NCBI RefSeq assembly: GCF_009914755.1
Contig: NC_060931.1
Length of the DNA: 64,000 bases
Source: the human T2T-CHM13v2.0 reference genome, Homo sapiens
Reading direction: 5' to 3' (one strand)
Shown: piece by piece, positions 1 to 12,590 of the stretch
Layout: the number at the start of each line of letters is the position of its first letter
Numbering within the stretch: the first letter of the stretch is position 1
The notes under the pieces: model-generated
The model's database searches: none
What the model saw: the letters and a program-made list of their open reading frames with translations, nothing else
What the model was told of the DNA's origin: nothing
Position numbers and translations under genes: made by a program

Positions 1-504
1 GTCAGCCACCCTGCCTGGTTAATCCATCTTTTTGACACACATTCTTCACCTTGTCCCTGGGGACACCACTCTCTTTGTTCCTTTTTTCCTTCAGTGACTG
101 CTTCTTCTCATCTGCTTTGCTGATTTCTCCATGAGTTCTTCACCTCTGGAGGGCTCCTGGTCTCAGTCTCCCAGACTCTGCTTTCCTGCTTCCCAGATCC
201 TCTCATCTAGCCCAGGCCTCTAGGCAGGACTTACGCACTAAGGTTTCAAACATTGCTGATCATAGCCTGGAATCCTCCTTCTGACTCAGGTATCTCTGAC
301 TCTTGCTGGTGTCTTGCCATGAAATATCTTACAGGCCTCTCACATCCCAAACTCTGGTTTCTTAGTCTCCAAGCAGAACCATGTACTCCCTCTAAGGTAA
401 CACGCTGACCTATTGGCACAGGAAATTTTGGAAGGTGGAAGAGGCAGAGCAACAAACATGCCCTTGAGGACAGAAACAGGGGTAGACAAGTTTGAAATTG
501 CCTA

Positions 505-670
505 ATGAATAGCTTCATTATATCTGCCTCAGTTTCCTCATCTGGAAAGTGGAAAAAATAATTGGACATGCCTCATAGGGTTGTTGTAAAAATTAATGAA
601 ATAACCCATGTTAAGCCCTTAGTAAAAGGCCTGACACTTGGTAAAGGCCCAATAACTATTAGCTATTGCT
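505..670 (+). mobile_element. MIR SINE fragment
   Basis: Core gcctcagtttcctcatctg...cctcatagggttgttgt; boundaries approximate. Confidence 0.8.
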
Positions 671-769
671 GGGGATTAAAAAAACTAACAGAAACATAAC
701 ATATCCCCAACAGCTTGACTTCCTCCCCGCCATGGGTTTCTGGGAATGGCAATTCCATTTTATCATTTT

Positions 770-1480
770 GGAGTTGTTCAATCTCCAAAGGTAGTTATCC
801 TTGATTCCTCTCTCTCATGCTCCCACCCCCACCCCAGTAAATCCTGGAGGCTTGACCCTCAAAATATATCCAGAATCTTACCATTTCTTACCCATTCTAC
901 TGCTACCACTCAAGTCCAAGTCACCAACAAATTTCATCTAGATTACAGCAGTGGCCCCAACAGTCTCTCTACTCTCTCTTTTGCCCGCTATATTCTCTAC
1001 ATATCAACTGAAGTGATACTGTTACTACTTATTTTATTTCAGATAAAGTCACTCCTTCAACATTTCCCTACTTCATTCCAAGCTAAAGCCAAAGTCCTTT
1101 CCATTGAGTCCCGTGACCTTTCTCACCTTCTCCATCACCCTCCCGCTCGGCTCCTTCATTAGTTCATTAGTCTGGCCACCTTGTCCTCCTTGCTTTTATT
1201 TTTACACACAGCAGAGATGCTCCTTCCTTAGGGGCTAGCACTAGTTTTCCCTTTCTACTCAGATATTTAGGGGCATGGCTTGCTCTCTCATTTCCTTAGG
1301 TCTCTGCTCAAAACTCTGCTTTTTTTTTTTTCATAGAACTTATTGCCAACAAACACAGATTTTCTAAATGTACTTATTGCATTTATCATCTGCCTCCTTC
1401 CCCACTCCTATCTCCTCCCACTGCAAAGAATATAAGCAAGATACATAGTAAATGTCCAATAAAATTGAGTGAGTGAATGA
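770..1480 (+). mobile_element. L2 LINE 3' fragments
   Basis: Pyrimidine-rich L2-like body ending acatagtaaatgtccaataaaattgagtgagtgaatga. Confidence 0.6.
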
Positions 1481-1625
1481 GATGACATGTTATTTATTTT
1501 GAAGAGCAGCTGTTTTCCTGAGCATCTCTGAAACATTTTATGAATCATAAGAGGTAATAATGTATTATGACTGTAAACAATCCTAAGACTTTTAAAGAAA
1601 GAAAGTTCATATTATCAAAACTTAC

Positions 1626-1748
1626 AATTATCCATCCAAAATATTATAGGTGGTGGTAATCCAATTGGGGGTCTGCAGGGAAGTACTAAAGACTGACCAC
1701 TTTGAAGTGTGATTGGTTCAAGTTTTTCTTTGGTCCACAATGGTGATC
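1626..1748 (-). CDS. NRCAM: NRCAM exon (RSPLWTKEKLEPITLQSGQSLVLPCRPPIGLPPPIIFWMDN), Ig2 N-half; gene continues beyond position 1
   Basis: tag acceptor at 1750-1749, gtaagt donor at 1625-1620, 123 nt, in frame with the previous exon. Confidence 0.97.
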
Positions 1749-2920
1749 CTATTAAATAAAAAAATAACTTCTCAGTTATTTCTGCATTGAAAAGTACAAA
1801 AAGAAAGCCCTACAAATAAAGGCAAACTGAAGTTTTGGAGAAATAATTTGTAATTTATGTACACTAAATTAATGAGAAAATATTTTTAAATACAATGTTA
1901 AAAGAAAAAAGTAAAAATTCAAAAAATGACAATTCTCATGCATTGCCACTGATAGTATAAATTCTCAGTCAGTGATTCCACAGCTGAGAATTTATACTAC
2001 ATACATCATCAGGAAGACAAACAGTTTTGACACAAGCATGTTCTTCACAAAAGAATGGAAAACATTTAAATGTAAAAAGATTTGCTAAATAAAGAATTAC
2101 ACATCTACACCTCTGAATACCATAGAGTATTATATAAGTACACTTATTTATAAGATCGCTATGGGAATATACACGATATGTCAATAAGTCAGAAAAGGTT
2201 GTAAGATAGTATTTCAGAAAATGAGCTGGTTTTAAACACATACATACATATCTGCCTAGGAAAAAATAGAAAGAATATTTCAGCAGTAGTTATTTCCTTG
2301 AATGGAAGGATTCATGAACAGTTTTTAAATTTCTTTTTTGTTTAATTAGTTTTTCTACAACGAACATGTATTATACATGTAATTTTTTTTAAATGACCAG
2401 AACTGAAAAATGTGACTGTTATTTAAATACATGCTCTTAAGGTTTTTGAGAGGATTTTGGTACTAACCATTGCAAAAAGAGCCTTAATAATATCAAGGTA
2501 GTGAGGACACTCCACTTCCAGTAAAATTTTGAAACAAAAATGTTTAAAGAAATAGCATTTAGACCTTGATCACCCATATCATACTGAATTTATTTCCATT
2601 TGGCTGTAGGAATTTCACTTTCACAGGAGATACATGAGAAATAAATAATTAGATGAACTCAGGGAAGAAACACTTTTTTTTTTTAACCCCAATGTCTTAC
2701 ACAGGACTTCTGTAAAAGATATATTGGATTGGTAAAGCATTGGACTAAGGAGCTTCCTAGGGTAAGGTGGAAAGGAGCAATAACTTTCATGCAAAACAAA
2801 GTCAGAATATTGGAAGCAATGCCACTGCTTTGTTGAATAGTATTTGGATGATGTCACAGAAGCTGAGTCTTGGAGCAATACTTTAAAAAGGGTCATGTTG
2901 GTTGACAAGTTTCCACTTAC

Positions 2921-3117
2921 TGGATGGGCGGACAACAATGTTATTAGAAACTGCAGCTCCGCGTTCGTTCCTTGCTGTACACTGATAGACTCCTTCATAG
3001 GTCTCAGCTTTCCCTTCGCTCATGATGTTAATTATGAGCGTTCCTGTGCCAGGCTTCATGGTGACCAGAGGGTCTTTATCGATGTCAAAATGAGTCCCAT
3101 TACGGGTCCAGGAAAAG
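2921..3117 (-). CDS. NRCAM: NRCAM exon (SFSWTRNG...YEGVYQCTARN...VVRPS), Ig1 C-half
   Basis: Lies within ORF 2883..3128; Ig W and YxC motifs; cag acceptor, gtaagt donor, 197 nt. Confidence 0.98.
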
Positions 3118-3937
3118 CTGCCCAACACACGAAGTGTTAAGTGTATTAATGGTCCAGAAAAATGGGATTACCTTAACAAATTCCTAGCAGTTTTATGGGT
3201 TTCTAGAAATAATTACCAGATTTTAATATTCAGTAAGAGAGCAATAAGCCCTCATATCTAAAATGTTTCATTGAATCATGACCTGGGAAAAAAGGGCAGG
3301 CTATACATTTTAAGGTACCTGTCTTCTTTAGAACTAGCCCAAATTTGACTCAATAAAGAAATCATGCACACAAATTGCCTGTCATTTTTCTAAGAAAATA
3401 GAGGGAGCAGGTCTCCCAGGTACACTCTCTTAGAGCTTTATTAGCATTTTTACTGTAAACTCCATTGTTCACAGAGTTGATAACCTGTCTATAAAAATTT
3501 GCTTGGGGCTAAAATGTGACAAGACCTCTGCAAGTACTATTTATATATGATGAAAATTGATCAGACAAATTTCAAGTTACCAAATTGTGAAGTGTAGGTT
3601 GGGAGGAGGTTAAGAGACATCAGTTCCAGAGTGTCTTAAATGTTGCTTATTAAAAATAGTAACTCTACATAAAACATTTTGGGAATTTTTAATTCTAGAG
3701 ATGATTTTGAGAATCCCTTGGGAGGTATGCCCAATTGTCAACTGAGATCCCTCTTTCTCCATTTTATTTTTATAAAAGATTGACTTATATAAAAGTCACA
3801 GTGCTCATGTAATTAAATACTTTACAACTAGTCACAAATCAATGATGGCCATGCTCATACAAAGGTACGAATCTCTAAACGTCACAGTGTTTTCTAGGAT
3901 CACTTGGATTTCCCTTCCCACTGCTTATCTTTATAGC

Positions 3938-4110
3938 AGTTGTTGTCACAACCAGGGCAGGAACTGGTGGTGTGGATGCTACTGGCATATTGTGGGCAGG
4001 GGCCACGGATGCTGCCAAATATCCTACAATGCACAGGACACTTCCATCCCCCAAACAAAATATTATCTATCACACTCCATATATCAATAATGCCGAAGAG
4101 GATAAATCCT
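3938..4110 (+). mobile_element. MER20 (hAT-Charlie), partial
   Basis: gttgtcacaac...tgctactggcat...ggatgctgccaaatatcctacaatgcacaggaca matches the MER20 consensus. Confidence 0.8.
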
Positions 4111-5177
4111 GTTTTATGGCAAGTTACAGAAGGCATTAATTGTGAAACTGAAAGGAAACCTCATCAAGGGATACCACATCAGGCCTTCTGCGAGAGAGGC
4201 TTTCCATTAACATAGCCGAATATATTATTTTGAGGCAAACCTTTGCTGGAAGTTTTGACATAGTACATATTCTGTCCCAGTTAATTTTTTCTCAGGGGCC
4301 AGTTTGTGATAATTTAATAAGGTCTGTAATAGACAAACCTGGAAATAAAATAACTGGAAACTTTCACTACTTTATTGCTTAAAAATCCACATTACATTTT
4401 AATAACAATAACCCAACTCTCCAAAACTTCCATATATGACTGGACATGTTACAGATCATCCGCTGTGGGGCCTTGAATAAGTTACTTAGCATTACCAGGC
4501 ATCAGTTTCCCATCTATAAAATGTATTGGTTGGACTGGGTTATCTCTAATATCTCTCCCAACTCTAAAATGCTTTGCAGTGATCTAAAATGCTATGCAAG
4601 ATCCAAATGGCATGAATTCTCATGACTGAACTCTGCCAAGTTTGGAAAACCATTTTAGACTATTTTATAAACTGTTACAGAGACAGCAGAGATCTTGGAA
4701 GTCATCAAATTCAATCTCTTTATAGATGAGGAAATTAAAGCCCAGAGAAAAGGGATTTGCCTGTGCCTTATGGCCATTAGTATCAAAATCAGAATCAAAA
4801 GGCTCTTTCCATAACTCCTCACAATTTATAAGCATTTTGCAGAAAAGCATGGGCACAGAAATGCAATAATCTGGGTTTTCAAGAAGAAAAAATGGGCTCT
4901 AATTAAGCAGAGAGACAAAACAATACACCTACAGGTGAGACTTTAGGGATATGCAGGACCCAAGAAGTTACCTTCAGTATCTTTGAAGGGCTGAAATGGG
5001 CTGGGATAGATGAACCAAAGGGCAATCTAGTGAGTCACAGTGAGAAATATCCAACTAAAAAAGGAAGTGCTCTACATAGTCTGCCTTGTTTGATGGAAAT
5101 TCCCAAACATATTTCTCTATTCAGAGAGATTTCCTGATTTATTCTCAGTACTATAACAAAGCAGAATGCACACTCAC

Positions 5178-5283
5178 CTTGGGGGCGGTTTCCCTTTGGC
5201 TTCACACTGGATTACAATATTCTCCCGAGGGTCAATAATGTAATCTTTTGGAGACTGTTGGGTGATGGTTGGAGGCTGTACCA
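5178..5283 (-). CDS. NRCAM: NRCAM exon ([34 protein letters not shown]), Ig1 N-half
   Basis: Poly-T tract plus aag acceptor, gtgagt donor, 106 nt, phases match neighbours. Not in the ORF track; translated by hand. Confidence 0.97.
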
Positions 5284-6233
5284 CTTAATTGTAGAAAAAA
5301 AAAAATGTAAAAAAACAAATCATTTAAAATCATAATAGTAGCCATTTTTTCCTGTATCAAAATCACTTACCTTAGACTAAATATGCTTCAAGTATTTTTA
5401 GTAATTTCTAGTGTAGCAGCATATACTTCAGTAGATTTTTCTGCTAAAGGTCTGCTAAAACTGTGAAGTCAAGGTTTAACTTTCTTTCGGTAACTATGTG
5501 TACTTGCAAAGTCCATTTTCTCACACTAAAAGTTTGGGGAAATAATTATCAATACAAACCTAATATTAAGACAGTTTCTTTTCTGATGTAACAATGAGAA
5601 ATTCTTTTGATTCCTTTGGTTCAAATGATGTTTTTCAAAGGAATTTAAGTTATGATAAATTTGCATCTTTCTTAAGAAAGAGTAACAGACTTAGGTCATT
5701 AGTGTGTGCTCATATAAATCAATATATGTTGGGGACAAATACATTTGAGAAGTTAATATTAAACAGACTGTTAAACTGGAGATGTGACATCTCTTATCAG
5801 AGCCAGGAGGTAAGTGAATGAGGAACAAAGATAAAAGAGTCTTATTTAGAAGATAAATGGAATTGAGGAAGTTCTCTGTCCTAGGAGACAGTGTTCCCAT
5901 TTACTCTTCAAAGTGTTATCTGATCTTTTATTATCAAATCCTATGGGGAAACTGTTCTGACCCAGAACAATCTAATCTGAAGAAAGCTGTATCTGGACCA
6001 CTAATGCTCTTCAAATTGTTCTAAAATCACCATGTCCTTCTTCTTGTGAGATCAGAATTAGTGTTATGACAGGAAGTGACTAAAGAATAATTTTTTACAA
6101 CCTGTTTTTTCTTACTCAGTGCAGCAAAATGGCTTGACTAGGAAGGCACAAAGCAGAGACCTAAACTCTCTCAACTGGCTCCTGGTAAGAAGCCACTGCT
6201 TGCACAACTCCATGGAGAGCTGTTTACACAGAC

Positions 6234-6455
6234 CAGTGGTTCTCTACCAGAGGCAATTTGTTTCCACCCTTCCAGGGACATTTGGCCATATCTGGAGGCC
6301 ATTTCAATGGTCTCGACTGGGGTGGTAGTGATAGTGGTATCTCGTAGATAGAGGCCAGGGATGTTGCTAAACATCTAACAACGTACAGGACAATTCCACA
6401 CAACAAAGACTTATCTGGTCTCAAACATCCATAGTGCTGAGGCTGAAAAGTTCTG
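6234..6455 (+). mobile_element. MER20, near full length
   Basis: Starts cagtggttctc; contains cagggacatttggc and gaggccagggatgttgctaaacat; ends gctgaggctgaaaagttctg. Confidence 0.85.
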
Positions 6456-8346
6456 AGGCAGACGACAATGTGCTTGGCACCCCTGGAGCTGTGCAATGCA
6501 GTGGCCATACCACAGCACCTTTCCTCTGCATCTGGGAAATTCCCCCAAGGCCCTCTCTTGGATTCTCACTGTTCTTTCCTTTCCTGCTGCATTTGACATT
6601 CTGGCTCATTTAAGTTTTTCATCTTCTGGATCTTCCCTTTCCTCTCTGCCCATACCTCTGCTTCCTTTGTGAAACTTCTTCCACTTGCCAACCAAACATT
6701 TCTCAAAGCTCAGTAACTGCCCACTGTTCTTGTCTCTCTTGTGGTTAATTGTTGCTAGAGCTAAATGTATCACCTCCACATCTTCAGTCTTATAAATCTA
6801 TAAACCCGGTTGCGTCCTCTTCTCTTGTCTTCTAGTCTTATTGCCATCCACAAGACATCTTTTACTAAATATTCAAATAACAGCTAAAGTACAAATCAAA
6901 AGCTAGCCTCATTACTGTCATCATTTATTGTGTACTATTATATGCAGGGTACTGGGCAGTGTCAGTTTCCCTTCCCTTTGGAATATCCCATCCCCCTCCT
7001 TGTCTTTCCAGCTGCCCTTCCCCCCTCCGTCATCCATATGGAATCCTCATTTTTCTAGCCTTGTCAGTTTCCAAGGTGGCCTGATTGTTAAGCACTAGTC
7101 TGTTTCTTACTAGCTGTGAGATTTCAAGCCAATTTCTTAACTTCTATAAGTCCTAGTTTCCTGAGAGGGAAAATAAAGTTTAAAAGTAGTATTACCACCT
7201 AGGATAGCTAGCAGGAGTAAGAAAATAATTACTATAAAATTCTCAGTGTATACCAATGTTATAATGGTTCAATAACATCAGCTATTTTAAAATTATTATC
7301 ATAATCATTTTTTATTTGGACCAGATTCACCTCTGAATGATCCTTCAGGCTCTGGGAGTATATAGAATTTGGGATAATGGAAGGAAGCCTGGAATTCCAC
7401 ATCCAAGGAATAGTGGCCATAGGGAGTGGGGGAGGGGATTCTTAGGAGTGACTCAGTTCAATTCCTTGTGCTTTTCTGGGAGTGACACAGGTGCAAATCT
7501 GGTGGCTTCAGAGGCAGAGCTTCTATTCACAGGTCTGCAGCAGAGCTGGCTCAGATGTCACTCCTAACTGCCAGGAGTTTACTGTCTGGATATACCTCCT
7601 TAAACAGTGCTTGGGTCACCTGCTAATTAACAAATGCTTTTCAGTAGTAAGAAAAGCAGTGATTTTACATAATTTTCCTGGTTAATCTAACATCAAAGGA
7701 AATTATCAAATGCCTGAAAACTGACTATTTTTAAACTAGGTGATAAATGCCACCTGTCAAAGGCAGTGGAAAGTTTTGCTCAGAGCAAGCCATTCAAATA
7801 CCATGTGAGTGGGAGCTGCTTATCTTTTGTCCACTTCAAGACAAGATCCAAATTCGCTGGGTTAGTCTACTGATGGCACCTAGAAATACTAGTCTACATA
7901 GTCACGAAGGCTGAAGAAGCATAAAAGGACATACAGCTGCCATCTTGTGTAAAGCTTTTGCCTGCACCCACCTTCTAAAAGACACAAAAAGACCTATCTT
8001 TGTTCCAGAAAGCATTAATTAGCCTTTACAACAGATCAGCATTCTCTCTAAATTTTGAGAATTTTCTCATTGAGTTACATCAGATGTGAATAAAGCTTGG
8101 AAGTTAGTAGAGCAGCACACTGGTAAAAGAAAGAGTAATAGCCAAGTTTTCAGAATTCATGCAGATAATACTTTACAACTGCTTCTTGGTATTGAAATAC
8201 AATGTTTAGCTACAGTAAACACACATGCTTAGAAAGACAAAGGTCACAAAACATGAAATTGTGCATTTAAATCACAATATTAATTCAAAAAGCAAAGACA
8301 TGGTCACATTTTCACACTGCCTAGTAATTTATAGAAGGACACTTAC

Positions 8347-8364
8347 AGTCTTCAAGAAGTTTTG
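8347..8364 (-). CDS. NRCAM: NRCAM 18-nt microexon (P-KLLED-L), frame-preserving cassette
   Basis: Minus strand aag|CAAAACTTCTTGAAGACT|gtaagt, phase 1/1. Inclusion gives EVPLDPKLLEDLVQPP; skipping gives EVPLDLVQPP. Confidence 0.93.
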
Positions 8365-10553
8365 CTTTTTCCCCATCAATATCAGCAGGTAAGTGGGCAA
8401 AGAGGATTAAAGAAAATCAGATGTTAATAATAAGAACGTTAGAACTCTGAAGATAAAGGGGGCATCTTGTCTATTTGATTTGATCTAAGAAAACCTGTAT
8501 AGTGAAGGTTGAATTTGTGAAGTTGCAAGACGAAGAAATTTGCATTAACGGTTTCCTTTAATCTTGCAGCAGCTTTCCCACATAAACATATGGAAGAACA
8601 AAAGCAATGCTGTAGGCAAACGAGTTCTTCCAGGAATAGGAATAGCGAATTCCATTCCATATATGTTGTGTTGGACAAGTAATTATGTTCAATTTGAAAA
8701 ACAGCTGAAATCTACAATTAATTTGAGTTGTCACATACTGTGTAGTGTCTGGTCATATTATCCCAGACATCACTGTGCATATGGTAATAATACCTAACAA
8801 TGGGACATTGCTACAGTGATAATGCTCCATGCAAGCCAAGTCCAACACTAATTTTAGATTTTTATATTTCTATGGTTAATCTCCAAAGTCATTAATTGAA
8901 CTTTTTAGACTGTTAGCAGATTTCTGCTTCATAATTTCTCAATCACTCAGGGGTTGCTGGTGCCCACACCAAGGACTTGTTCATGTAGTAGAGAAACGAT
9001 GTAAGAAATAGGGGCAGGGAAGAAATTACATTAGCATGCAATTCAAATCATTCCACAGTGCTGTCTGTCGTTACTACTTGCAAAGGTTAATATAGGAGCA
9101 CCTGGGTTTTTCTGTGACTTTCTTTTCATCATGGTTATGCCTCTTCTCCGTTAGCAGTGATAATTGAGTTAGCCATAGGTGACTGTTTCCCTCTGCTTGA
9201 CAGATTGAACAGTCAGATTAAGGGGGAATATATTTAATATAAGAGAGAACAAAAGCATTTCTCTCAAATGTTTTCTTTCCCTCCTGTGTATCTGTCAGGG
9301 CAAATGCTTACTTAGGCATTCCCACTCCAATGGGCTTAAGCAATTGTATATTTTTTTGAAAATTGAAATTAAGGTCACTGGATGAATTTTTTTTAAATAA
9401 GAAAAGCACTGCATTTTATTGAACTTTATAGAAGCACAGCAAAAAGTCAACAAAGTGTGGGACAAACCACATCTCTTCTTAATGTCTTCCCACTGGCAGT
9501 TGCAACCTCTATGGTAATAATAAACAATAATAATAATAATAAATAAATAAAAATGACATCCCAACAATTGAATAGCCCCAGGAAAGTGCTATCTTCCTTG
9601 CACCTTGGAAAGCTTGCCAAACAGATATTCTATTCAGGAAGCTAATGGCTTCAAAGAGGTCATGCAGATGAGGGATAAAGGAGAAATCGATTCTGAAGTA
9701 CAGTAATTGTCCAGATTTGAAATTTTGCTTTCCATTTGCAGGAAAAGTGACTGGGTGGAACCTAGCATTATCTTTATTTTTCACAAACAGGCCACCCAGA
9801 GCAGGGAGAGCACAGTATATATTTACTACTAGGAAAATGGAGGGCTAATACAGTAGCTGTTGTTTGCTCCATTTTAGTGCTTTGCATATTACTTGTATTT
9901 TTAGCAGTTGCATTTTGGCATTTGACCACACTGTTTAAACCAAATAAGACTATTTGTTAGGCTCTAGATAAAATACTTTTCCTAGTTCTAGACTTATATT
10001 TAGGATTCAAAATTGGAAAGTGAGATGCGCCTTGTCTGAATCAAGAGAAATGAATTCTGGGGTGGTTTAGGGATTCCGAGGGGCATGGAGTTGGCAGAAG
10101 GAGCCTCCCCTCATCTTTGCAGACCACCCTCAGCATATGACGGGAAAGAGTAAAGTGGTGAAGGGATGAGTGGGGAGGTCTCCATGATCATTTTAAAGTG
10201 GCTCATATAGTTTTCTTGCAGGACTGCTTCTCTAAAGAGCCGCCTGTTGGGAAGATCAGGCAGCTTGCACAACTCAATCCTTCTCAGGCCATCCCCAGCA
10301 GGGCAGACAAAAGGCACCTGAGGGGGAAGAAGGAGAATGACAGGGAGGGAATTGTGAGTCTGACCATTTCAATGGCCACTTCTACAGTGTGAATCTTTAT
10401 AAACACCAGGTGCTGAAGGTAAAAGCCAAATTAATTTTGATTAGCTTTTCAGTATCACACAGACACCTTCTCCATTCACGCAGTTCAGAGTGATGATAAA
10501 TGCTGGGAGGCTTTGACTCCTGGGCCTAACAGCTTTAAAACGTTAATACTTAC

Positions 10554-10659
10554 GATCAAGAGGTACTTCCAGTGCACTAATCATCTGGCACAGGAAGAGA
10601 ATCAGGGGCACTCTGCCCGCAGATAAGCGCTTCTTTTTCGGCATTATTTTAAGCTGCAT
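10554..10659 (-). CDS. NRCAM: NRCAM first coding exon, CDS part (MQLKIMPKKKRLSAGRVPLILFLCQMISALEVPLD + 1 nt; signal peptide)
   Basis: Manual minus-strand translation gives the NrCAM N-terminus. ATG at 10659-10657; GTAAGT donor at 10553-10548; 106 nt = 35 codons + 1. Confidence 0.97.
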
Positions 10660-10765
10660 TAGCTTAACTCCTGCTGAGACTCACACACTGAATTTCCTTT
10701 TCTTCTTTCACAAAAGATTTTGTGAAACGTTGTGTGCAACGTTTAAGTAATTTTCATGCGGGAAA
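10660..10765 (-). other. NRCAM: NRCAM 5'-UTR part of the ATG-containing exon
   Basis: Pyrimidine tract plus CAG acceptor (minus strand: ...tcctttttcag|TTTCCCGC) with AG at 10767-10766. Confidence 0.8.
10743..10757 (-). promoter_or_regulatory. Upstream ORF (M-K-I-T-stop) in the NRCAM 5' UTR
   Basis: ATG AAA ATT ACT TAA starting 8 nt after the exon acceptor; translation not demonstrated. Confidence 0.6.
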
Positions 10766-12590
10766 CTGAAAAAGGATAGAGTAGGAATAATAATTATAAT
10801 GTATTAAAAAGAAGGAAATGAAGAGCGGAAGTCTGCAGCACAGAGAACTAGCCGTGTATTATACATGAACTCTAAAAGAAAGTTAACTTTTAAATATTTA
10901 ACTCTCAAAACTGGAGTAATCATTTATTCATAAATCAGCTAAAATCAGTTCAGAGATATTAGTAGTGATATGAAGCATAATCTGTCTACCATCCTTATGA
11001 TTTTTCCATTTTAAATGGTATTTGTATTATGAGTGTTCAGAGGCTATCGTGTCTTTCCCAACAGATCAGGAAAACTTGGCTTTTAAGCTGGTCAGCAAGC
11101 AATCACTTTGTGACTTTAGAGGGGTAGCCTAATGGCTTCTCCATTCTACAGATTATCTCTGGGAAAGTTCAGGGGATTGTTGTAAATTTGCTTCAAAGCC
11201 AAAACACTAATTTACCAGATGAGCACTGACTATTCAGGTCTTCCCCATCTCCCACCTAGATTATAGCAACAAACCTAGCTGGGCTCTGAGTTCGGGCCTT
11301 CCTCCCTGTAGTCACCCTCCTTCACAGTGCTGATTAATTTTTTCTACAAGGCCTTCTCTGGTTAAATATTGGGAGTAGCCATATGTGATCCCTCAAAGAA
11401 AGTCCAATGTATCTTTAAACAAGTACTTAAAAATCTCAGTGATCTGGGCTTAATTTCTCCTACAAACCTGATTTCCTTTTATTTCCATATAACCATTTTT
11501 TGGTTTGATGATGCATTTCTGTTTTTCTTTCTTGTGTCAGTCCTTCGATATGCCTCAAATTTTCCTGCCTTCTTGTCTTTGTTTATTCTATTTCATTTGC
11601 CTTTATCCACCATATTTTCTTATCAAAGTCCAATTTATTTCTTATGGATCAGTTAAACGGTCACCTCCAGGAAACATCAGCTGATCACCCGAACTAGAAG
11701 TTATTTCACCACCACCCCTGAATTCCTGAAATTCCTTGTTGTAAACATCACATACATAGGTAGATATATATTAATAAATAGACTGTGTGTATACACATAT
11801 TGCATACATGCTCTCTACTCCTCCAGGAAAGGACTGTCTCTCTCATCTTTGTAGCCCTCTCCCAACACCTAATACAGCCTGCCTTGCATATTGGAAGTGT
11901 CCATTGCAAAATGGAGAGCATGAGCACAAACATATTAATAGAAGATTGATATCCATCCCACAGTAAACTCCTACCTGAAATGATAGGTTTAATCATGTCC
12001 TCTCATTCATGAAGAGAAGTGGGGCAACCAATGACTCTCTCAAGAAGGTGGGAGGGATGTTATTATTATAAACTGCTGTACCTCCCACAAGTTGAAGTAC
12101 TGAATTATTTATGTAATTTTTATTTGTATGATTGTATATTTTACGATGTCCATCTTTTCCAATAAACTGCAAGTCTCCTCAGGGCAGGGATGGCATCTGT
12201 CCTATCCCCCACTGCATCCTCATAGCCCATCACAGTGCCTGACACATGGTAGGTAGTAAATAAATATTTGGAGGAAAAAAAAAGGAAAGCAGAAAAGGGG
12301 AAAGAAAAGACTTTACAATCTTTGAAGCTGAGGTTGCATTTGGATAGTTTGACTATGATCTACCCAAGGCTGTATTTATATTTATACTGCTTGGTTTAAA
12401 AACCAATCTCTTGTTAATATGATCAAATTAGTTGTACGATCATGTCTCTGTGTGGAATAGTGCTTAAATGTTAAAAGGAAAATGAAATAATCCTAATAAC
12501 ATATTTTGCTAGCAATCAAGTTCTGATTTGAACATGATTAAAACTGTAGTAGGACACTTCTTGCAAAACAAATTTTAAAAGAATATGCCA

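Noticed and set aside
2621-3140. ORFs 2621..2998 (-) and 2844..3140 (+)
   Set aside because: Alternative-frame and antisense shadows of the NRCAM Ig1 exon.
6503-6513. ggccataccac resembling the 5S rRNA 5' end
   Set aside because: Only 11 nt, no extension and no TSD; chance match.
8386-8395. Perfect plus-strand donor CAG|GTAAGT suggesting an antisense gene exon
   Set aside because: No supporting plus-strand exon or ORF; treated instead as an anti-donor element on the NRCAM strand. An antisense transcript cannot be excluded without RNA data.
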